Assembly: GCA_017436525.1 (NCBI GenBank) | Contig: JAFSCX010000047.1 | Location: forward strand, 53,198 to 117,197 | Origin: Clostridia bacterium | GTDB taxonomy: Bacteria; Bacillota; Clostridia; Oscillospirales; QAKW01 | Reading direction: 5' to 3' | Length of the DNA stretch: 64,000 nt | Part shown: one piece after another, positions 35,614 through 42,514 of the stretch | Layout: each line of letters starts with the position of its first letter | How positions within the stretch are numbered: the first letter of the stretch is position 1 | Position numbers and translations under genes: made by a program | The notes under the pieces: generated by a model | Database searches by the model: none | What the model was told of the DNA's origin: nothing | Seen by the model: only the letters and a program-made list of their open reading frames with translations

Positions 35614-38127
35614 TTATTCTTGATTGCTTTTTGCAGTATCGGCACCATCGCCCACAAGGCCGAGCTCCCTTGCGGCCTGCTCCCGCATTTTATATTTCAG
35701 GATTTTACCTGCAGCATTCATGGGGAAGCTATCAACAAAGGAAATATACTTTGGAACCTTATGGCGCGCCATACTTGCTTTAATAAACTCAGTCATTTCC
35801 TCGGCAGATACACTACCGGGCTCCTTGAGAATAATGCAAGCCATAATTTCTTCGCCGTATTTTTTATCCGGCACGCCAATTACCTGGACATCTTTCACAT
35901 CGGGATGGGTATAAATAAATTCTTCAATCTCTTTGGGATAAATATTTTCACCACCGCGAATGATCATATCCTTCAAGCGGCCGGTAATACGATAATTTCC
36001 GTGCTCATCACGGCAAGCCAAATCCCCGGAATGAAGCCATCCTTCTGCGTCCACTGTATCAGCAGTAGCCTGAGGCATCTTATAGTATCCCTTCATTGTA
36101 TTATAACCTTTAGAGCAAAATTCGCCATTCACACCGCTGGGCAGCTCTGCTCCTGTTTCCGGATCAACGATTTTGCATTGGACATGCGGGAAAGCATAGC
36201 CTACTGTATCGGTTCTTACTTCCAGGCTATCCGTCCATGCAGACATGGTAGAGCCGGGTGCCGATTCTGTCTGACCATAGACGCTTACAATCCCCGTCAT
36301 ATTCATTTCATCCGGCTGGGCCGCCCGCCGCATCAGCTCAGGCGGACATCCCGCTCCTGCCATAATGCCGGTGCGCATATGGGAAAAATCAGTCTTGCGA
36401 TAGTCCGGATGGTTAAACATCGCAATGAACATCGTAGGGACACCGTTAAAGCAGGTGATCTTTTCCTGATTGATGCAAGCCAACGATTGCTTTGCCGAAA
36501 AATAAGGCAACGGACAAATGGTGGCACCATGGGTCATGGAAGAGGTCATGGAAAGCACCATGCCAAAGCAATGGAACATCGGCACTTGAATCATCATGCG
36601 ATCGGCCGTCGATAACCCCATTCGATCGCCGATACACTTCCCATTGTTGACTACATTATAATGAGTCAGCATTACACCCTTCGGAAATCCGGTTGTACCG
36701 GACGTGTATTGCATATTGCAGACATCATCAGGCCGCACCGCAGCCGCCATTTGGGCAACGGTCTCAGAGCTGACCATCGATGCTCTCTCCATCGCTTCCC
36801 CAAAGGTCAGGCAACCGGGGAGCTTAAAGCCAACGGTGATCACATTGCGCAAAAAGGGTAATCTCTTGCAATGCAAGCTCTCCCCCGCCTTGCTTTTTTC
36901 CATTTCCGGGCAAAGCTCTTGGATAATACTCTTATAATTGGAATCAAGGCAGCTTTCGATCATAATCAGAGTATGGGTATCGGACTGCCGCAGCAGATAT
37001 TCTGCCTCATGAATTTTATAAGCAGTATTCACCGTTACCAATACAGCGCCGATCTTGGTAGTGGCCCAAAAAGCGATATACCATTCCGGCACATTGGTAG
37101 CCCATACCGCCACCTTACTGCCCGCTTTAACACCCATAGATACAAGGGCGCGAGCAAAAGTATCTACATCTTTTTGAAATTCTTTATAGGTCCTTGTATA
37201 ATCCAGCGTTGTATACTTAATGGCATATTGATCCGGAAATTCCTCTGCCATGCGATCCAATACTTGAGAGAAGGTCAGATCAATCAGCTCATCCTTTTTC
37301 CATACATATTGGCCGGAACCGTCATGATTGAAATACAAACTTTTTTTCTTTCCCCGCGGATTATCATAGCGATTCATATAATTGATAAAATACGGAAAAA
37401 TTACTTCCATATCCTTGAGATCTTCAATCCAATCGGGCTTCCATTCCAAGGAAATAAAGCCATTATAATTTACAGAAGAAAGGGCAAGCATAAATTCCGC
37501 AATGGGAGCAGTCCCCTCGCCGATCAGATCATATTCGCCCTGATCATCGGAATCCCGCAGATGAACATGGCGCACATAATCGCCCAGGTTTTTGATGGTT
37601 GCATCTGCTTTTTCGCCAAAATCCCGAAAGGGATGATGGACATCCCATAAAACCGCCAGCTCATCGCAAGCAAATTCATCCAATAATTTCCGCAATCTTG
37701 CCGTATCGGCATAAATTCCGCTGGTTTTAATTAAAATGGTTACTTCTTTTTCCCTTGCATCTGCAATCAACGTTTTAAGATTCTCTTTTACAGCATCTTC
37801 ATTCTCTTTTAATGCCACAACTGCTACATAAGGCACGCGAGCATTGCGAGCGACCTCCATCAAAGTTTGCAGATAAGAGATACATTCAGGATCTGATGAA
37901 AGATCATAAGAGGTATCAAAACAAGGGATGGTGAGATTCTTTTCTTTCAACTGCCGCACTGTAGCGGCGGCCTGATATTTATGAAACGGACCGCTGCGAT
38001 CCATCATAGGATCAAATTTCGGCAAATTATAAACTTCGATACCGCCGAATCCCATATCGGCGGCCACAGCCACGGTATCCTCCCAGCTCAGATCGTTCCA
38101 ACCACGGGTGGAAAAGGAGAGATTCAT
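35614..38127 (-). CDS. Fusion protein: N-terminal xylose-isomerase-like TIM barrel (sugar-phosphate isomerase/epimerase family) + C-terminal AMP-forming acyl-CoA ligase
   Basis: 837 aa. Residues 1 to about 270 show the AP-endonuclease-2/TIM-barrel pattern (FGGIEVYN ... HVHLRD ... ISLEWKP). The rest has adenylation motifs YTSGTTGFPKGVMLTH, GYNTMKGYY, WLHSGDL, GRLKDMIIRGGENIYPKEIE and AAGKILK. Its start overlaps the upstream gene's stop by 4 nt. Confidence 0.8.
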   Translation of the reverse strand: MNLSFSTRGWNDLSWEDTVAVAADMGFGGIEVYNLPKFDPMMDRSGPFHKYQAAATVRQLKEKNLTIPCFDTSYDLSSDPECISYLQTLMEVARNARVPYVAVVALKENEDAVKENLKTLIADAREKEVTILIKTSGIYADTARLRKLLDEFACDELAVLWDVHHPFRDFGEKADATIKNLGDYVRHVHLRDSDDQGEYDLIGEGTAPIAEFMLALSSVNYNGFISLEWKPDWIEDLKDMEVIFPYFINYMNRYDNPRGKKKSLYFNHDGSGQYVWKKDELIDLTFSQVLDRMAEEFPDQYAIKYTTLDYTRTYKEFQKDVDTFARALVSMGVKAGSKVAVWATNVPEWYIAFWATTKIGAVLVTVNTAYKIHEAEYLLRQSDTHTLIMIESCLDSNYKSIIQELCPEMEKSKAGESLHCKRLPFLRNVITVGFKLPGCLTFGEAMERASMVSSETVAQMAAAVRPDDVCNMQYTSGTTGFPKGVMLTHYNVVNNGKCIGDRMGLSTADRMMIQVPMFHCFGMVLSMTSSMTHGATICPLPYFSAKQSLACINQEKITCFNGVPTMFIAMFNHPDYRKTDFSHMRTGIMAGAGCPPELMRRAAQPDEMNMTGIVSVYGQTESAPGSTMSAWTDSLEVRTDTVGYAFPHVQCKIVDPETGAELPSGVNGEFCSKGYNTMKGYYKMPQATADTVDAEGWLHSGDLACRDEHGNYRITGRLKDMIIRGGENIYPKEIEEFIYTHPDVKDVQVIGVPDKKYGEEIMACIILKEPGSVSAEEMTEFIKASMARHKVPKYISFVDSFPMNAAGKILKYKMREQAARELGLVGDGADTAKSNQE

Positions 38128-39533
38128 ATTTCCTCCTCCTCATAAACAATTTTGTTCAATGCGCTCAGATATGCATTGATACCGGCGCACACAATATCAG
38201 TGGAAATGCCGCGGCCGGAATATAATTTTCCGCCGCTCCGCAAGCGCACAATCGTTTGCCCCATTGCTTCTCGCCCTTCAGTAACTGCTTTCAACTGAAA
38301 ATCATCCAATTCATAATGACGGCCGGTGATGCTTTCAATGGCGCGGAAAGCAGCATCAATCGATCCATCCCCCAAAGAGACGCCTTCCAAAATCTGCCCC
38401 TCTTTTTTCAACCGCATATGCGCAGTTGCAGCAATGGTATTGCCCGAATTGATTACATAGGTTTCCAATTGATAAGTTGGCGGGACCTGCATAGCTGCAG
38501 AGGCAACAATTGCATCTAATTCGCGGATTCCGACGCGCTCTTTCTTTGCTGCAATTCGGCGGAATGCCTCCACCACCTTAGGTTGATCTTCTTCTGAAAG
38601 ATCATATCCCAGCTGCTCTACCGCCTTCAAAATAGACTCGGCTTGATCATGGAATGTAAGATAAACGCTCTCGTCATCTTGACGAGCACCGCCATCAAAG
38701 GTGGATGATTTTTTATGCTCAGCATCACATATCCATCTGATCTGATCCATTGTGCGGCTCAATTGCGCCACCGAAACATCGGTAGTAATATTCATTGCAG
38801 CGCTGCGAGCATGGATAATCTTAGCGATCTTTGCCAAAGAGGCAGTCCCTTGCGGATAGGCGGCCGCCTTGATTTCCAATGCCCCCTGCTCCACAGCAGC
38901 GATCGCACAAGCGTCGGCCAAAAATAACGCATCATTGCAGCTGACACCAAGCTTCACATCCTTTAAGATCGGGATCGCCTTAAATAAATCGGAAATAAAG
39001 CCCGCAAATTCCTGAGGAAGCATAGTACCTGCCGAATCACATATGGTTACCGTTGCGGCACCGGCTTCCACCGCCGCATGGATTACAGTATTCAAAAATG
39101 CAGGATCACTGCGGGTGGCATCATCGGCCACAAACTCCACATCCTCGCACAAAGCGCTGCAAGCAGCAACATTCTGCCGAATCTCTTCCAGCATCGCTTC
39201 CGGTTTTTTATGATATAAATATTCCATTTGGACCGAAGAAATAGGGGCAAAAACCTGCAACCGAGGATGTTTTGCACTCTTAAGAGCGTTCCATACTGTA
39301 TCTACATTTCCCTGCTTCAGTGCAACCGGCACAGCTACAACGCTGTTTTTTACAGCAGCGGCTATGGATTTTACGCGCAACGCATCAGTTCTTGAATCGC
39401 CTACCCCTTCTAATTCAATCACAGAGACACCAAGATGATCAAGTAGCTTTGCCAGCTCAATCTTCTCGCGGAAAGATAATAATTCTCCTGCCGCTTGCCT
39501 CATGGTTACATCACTGATTCTGATTTGTTTCAT
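38124..39533 (-). CDS. 2-isopropylmalate/homocitrate synthase-family protein with LeuA-dimer C-terminal domain; canonical metal ligands apparently substituted
   Basis: 469 aa with an HMGL-like barrel plus a C-terminal regulatory domain (GDGSIDAAFRAIESITG ... GISTDIVCAGINAYLSALNKI). The N-terminus reads ISDVTMRQAAGE where family members have DTTLRDGEQ. LGVSCNDALFLADA sits where H-x-H-N-D is expected. Confidence 0.75.
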   Translation of the reverse strand: MKQIRISDVTMRQAAGELLSFREKIELAKLLDHLGVSVIELEGVGDSRTDALRVKSIAAAVKNSVVAVPVALKQGNVDTVWNALKSAKHPRLQVFAPISSVQMEYLYHKKPEAMLEEIRQNVAACSALCEDVEFVADDATRSDPAFLNTVIHAAVEAGAATVTICDSAGTMLPQEFAGFISDLFKAIPILKDVKLGVSCNDALFLADACAIAAVEQGALEIKAAAYPQGTASLAKIAKIIHARSAAMNITTDVSVAQLSRTMDQIRWICDAEHKKSSTFDGGARQDDESVYLTFHDQAESILKAVEQLGYDLSEEDQPKVVEAFRRIAAKKERVGIRELDAIVASAAMQVPPTYQLETYVINSGNTIAATAHMRLKKEGQILEGVSLGDGSIDAAFRAIESITGRHYELDDFQLKAVTEGREAMGQTIVRLRSGGKLYSGRGISTDIVCAGINAYLSALNKIVYEEEEI

Positions 39534-39552
39534 ACAATCACCTCACAAGAAA

Positions 39553-39835
39553 TAAAAAAGCCCCGAGGCCAAAAAGCCTCAGGGACGAAAATGCATTTCG
39601 CGGTACCACCCTGTTTATCTTCGCTAAAAGAAGATCACTCGTCGGACTTCCATCAAAGTCCCAGCCCGTAACGGGGGCAACCGTGCTCCATTACAGCCGC
39701 TAATATACGGTTTCACAGAGCCGACTCAGGAAGGAGACTGCACCATCTTTCGCACCGATTCACACCAACCATCGGCTCTCTGAAGCGTCCAAAAGGAGCA
39801 GATTTTCCGTCAACATCTTTGGTTTATGAAAGAAT
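39553..39835 (-). promoter_or_regulatory. T-box leader, specifier read as CUC (Leu), with terminator
   Basis: On the minus strand the promoter is TTGACA-17-TTAAAT. The K-turn is GAU-GUU-GA-C-GGAA / UUCC-U-GA-GUC, followed by an AGAGA box and a distal loop GGTTGGTGTGA. The specifier loop is U-CUC-C (CUC = rc of 39734-39736) and the T-box is AACAGGGTGGTACCGCGAAAT. The terminator is CCCTGAGGC ... GCCTCGGGG + T6 (39553-39584). Confidence 0.75.
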
Positions 39836-39924
39836 TTAACCATAAAGCAAATAATTTGTCAAGAAAAATTTTGGTTTTTTCAAAAAAAGGTTTGACAATT
39901 CAAAAAAAATGTGTTAAAGTTTGA

Positions 39925-40196
39925 AAAAAGTGTTAGAAATGGCTAAGACGAAGACGGCAAGGTTCATCGGATCTTCAGAGAATCGACGGTTGGTGCAAGT
40001 CGATGATCGGTAACCAATTTGCCCATCACTTCCGAGCCGGTGAGCCGAGTGATTATCACCAGGCTTTCCCGTTTGCCCGCGTTAAGGGATAGGGATTATT
40101 GGATCCTGAAGCGATGGTATGATTACCATAATTTGAGTGGTACCGCGGGTATTGATTTTGCTCGTCTCAAGAGTTTTCTTGAGGCGATTTTTTATT
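39925..40196 (+). promoter_or_regulatory. T-box leader, specifier read as AUC (Ile), with terminator
   Basis: The promoter is TTGACA (39892-39897)-17-TAAAGT (39915-39920). The K-turn is GGC-UAA-GA-C-GAAG / CUUC-C-GA-GCC. AGAGA lies at 39977-39981 and the distal loop GGTTGGTGCAA at 39988-39998. The specifier loop is C-AUC-A (AUC at 40025-40027) and the T-box TTGAGTGGTACCGCGGG at about 40133-40149. The terminator is CGTCTCAAG ... CTTGAGGCG + T-run (40163-40196). Confidence 0.8.
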
Positions 40197-40217
40197 TTCT
40201 AAGAAAGGATGACAACA

Positions 40218-42482
40218 ATGAGTAACACGAATCCTACAACCCAATTAATGGACATCGCGGCCCGTATCCGCGATATGCGTGATATTTTGGGCTATAGCAC
40301 ACAAAAGATGGCAGAGCTTACTGAAGTCTCCGAGGGTGATTATCGGACCTATGAGACGGGAACGGTTGATTTGCCCTTCACCTTTTTGCATAAATGTGCC
40401 GCTGCATTCGGCGTAGAAATTACTGTACTCTTAGAAGGGCGCAGCGCCAAGCTTTCCGGCTATACCATTACAAGAAAAGGAAAAGGACTTGTAACTGCAA
40501 GCGAAGATGGCATCACCATTCAGGATATGGCACCCATGTTTCGCAAAAAGCTTGCCACTCCCTATTGGGTTACTTATCAATATTCCGAAGATCTGCAAAA
40601 TAAACCCATCCATACCGTAACCCATGCAGGCCAAGAGTTTGATATGGTCATTAAAGGTACCATGCGGATCCGTGTCGGAGATCATGAAGAAATCCTGCGG
40701 GAGGGAGACAGCATTTTCTATAAATCCTCCACTCCCCATGGTATGATTGCTATCGATGGGCAGGATTGCGTATTTCTCGCCATTATTATGGCAAGCGACA
40801 CAACCGATCAAAAGCTCTTTATCGGCTCCGGCAAAAAGGCTGAACACGAAAATCTCCTTTGCCATAAATATATCAAAACGGAAGAAGACGATAACGGAGC
40901 GCTCAAGGCTATTTCCTTTGAAGATGCCGATACCTATAATTTTGCTTTCGATACAGTAGATGCAATTGCTCGGCGTGAGCCCGAAAAGCTTGCAATGCTC
41001 CATGTGGCCAACGATATGACCGAGCGCCGTTTCACCTTCAAGGATATCAAAGATGCATCCTCTCAAAGCGCCAACTATTTCAAGTCCCTCGGCATCAAAC
41101 GCGGCGATCGTGTCATGCTGGTGCTCAAGCGGCATTATCAATTCTGGTTTGCAATTCTCGGCCTACATAAACTCGGTGCCATCGCAATTCCCGCCACCAA
41201 TCAGCTGGTTGAAAAAGATTTCAGTTACCGTTTCCAATCTGCAGGAGTCAGTGCGGTCCTTTGCACTGCCGATGGGGATACCGCCCATCAAATTGAATTG
41301 GCAGAGCAGCAAACAGGCATTACCCTCAACAAGATCCTTGTCGGCGATGATCGAGAGGGATGGCATAATTATAATAAGGAATATCCCCTTTTCTCCCGCC
41401 GCTATGTGCGCGAGGAAAATGCGCCTTGCGGCGATGATCCCATGCTGATGTTCTTCACCTCCGGTACCACCGGCTATCCCAAGATTGCAGTCCATAGTTA
41501 TAAATATGCTTTAGGCCATTATGTAACCGCAAAATATTGGCACATGGCCGAAAAGGATGGCTTGCACTTTACGATCTCCGAAACCGGCTGGGGAAAAGCA
41601 CTTTGGGGCAAGCTTTATGGCCAATGGCTCTGCGAAGGCGCCGTATTCACTTATGATTTCGATCGTTTTGATGCAGAGAAAATCCTACCCATGTTTGCAA
41701 AATACAATATCACCACCTTCTGCGCTCCCCCCACTATGTATCGCATGCTGATCAAGCAGGATCTCAGCCGCTTTGATCTATCCTCTATCCATCATGCAAC
41801 CACTGCCGGTGAAGCGCTGAACCCCGAAGTATTCTATCAATTTGAAAAAGCCACCGGCCTGCGCATCGCAGAAGGCTTTGGTCAGACAGAGATGACCTTG
41901 GGCATCGCAAATCTGGTAGGCACCATGCTCAAGCCCGGCGCTATGGGTAAGCCTGTGCCCGGTTATGGAATTGATCTTGTTGATCCCGATGGTAATCCCG
42001 TAGCCGATGGCGACAACGGCGAGATCGTTATCCGCACCGAGCCGAAGCCCACTTGCGGTATTTTCCTGGGATATTACAACGAACCGGAAAAGACTGCTGC
42101 TGTATGGCATGATGGTCTTTACCATACCGGTGATCTTGCGTGGCGCGATGAGGACGGCTACTATTGGTATGTAGGCCGTGCAGATGATGTCATCAAATCT
42201 TCCGGCTACCGCATCGGGCCCTTCGAAATCGAAAGCACCATCATGGAGCTTCCCTATGTCTTGGAATGTGGCGTTTCTGCCGCTCCGGATGAAGTCCGCG
42301 GGCAGGTCGTTAAGGCAAGCATTGTCTTGGTAAAAGGCACCGAACCCACCGAGCAGCTCAAAAAAGATATCCAAAACTATGTCAAAACGCGAACTGCTCC
42401 CTATAAATATCCCCGCATTGTAGAGTTCCGCGATGAATTACCCAAAACCATCAGTGGAAAGATTATGCGTAACAAATTATAA
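40218..42482 (+). CDS. HTH(XRE)-cupin-acyl-CoA synthetase (AMP-forming, medium/short-chain type) fusion, paralog 1
   Basis: About 754 aa. The N-terminal HTH_3 reads RDILGYSTQKMAELTEVSEGDYRTYETG and the cupin reads HAGQEFDMVIKGTMRIRVGDHEEILREGDSIFYKSSTPHGM. Adenylation motifs are MFFTSGTTGYPK, DTGW-like ETGWGKALWG, YHTGDLAWRDEDGYYWYVGRADDVIKSSGYRIGPFEIE and ISGKIMR. An alternative ATG lies at 40209. Confidence 0.85.
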   Translation: MSNTNPTTQLMDIAARIRDMRDILGYSTQKMAELTEVSEGDYRTYETGTVDLPFTFLHKCAAAFGVEITVLLEGRSAKLSGYTITRKGKGLVTASEDGITIQDMAPMFRKKLATPYWVTYQYSEDLQNKPIHTVTHAGQEFDMVIKGTMRIRVGDHEEILREGDSIFYKSSTPHGMIAIDGQDCVFLAIIMASDTTDQKLFIGSGKKAEHENLLCHKYIKTEEDDNGALKAISFEDADTYNFAFDTVDAIARREPEKLAMLHVANDMTERRFTFKDIKDASSQSANYFKSLGIKRGDRVMLVLKRHYQFWFAILGLHKLGAIAIPATNQLVEKDFSYRFQSAGVSAVLCTADGDTAHQIELAEQQTGITLNKILVGDDREGWHNYNKEYPLFSRRYVREENAPCGDDPMLMFFTSGTTGYPKIAVHSYKYALGHYVTAKYWHMAEKDGLHFTISETGWGKALWGKLYGQWLCEGAVFTYDFDRFDAEKILPMFAKYNITTFCAPPTMYRMLIKQDLSRFDLSSIHHATTAGEALNPEVFYQFEKATGLRIAEGFGQTEMTLGIANLVGTMLKPGAMGKPVPGYGIDLVDPDGNPVADGDNGEIVIRTEPKPTCGIFLGYYNEPEKTAAVWHDGLYHTGDLAWRDEDGYYWYVGRADDVIKSSGYRIGPFEIESTIMELPYVLECGVSAAPDEVRGQVVKASIVLVKGTEPTEQLKKDIQNYVKTRTAPYKYPRIVEFRDELPKTISGKIMRNKL

Positions 42483-42514
42483 TCCGATCCCTGATAATCA
42501 ATTTGAGGTGTATT

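Noticed and set aside
35620-37650. 331-aa and 259-aa plus-strand ORFs.
   Set aside because: They are antisense to the TIM-barrel::AMP-ligase gene, whose adenylation motifs are all present on the minus strand.
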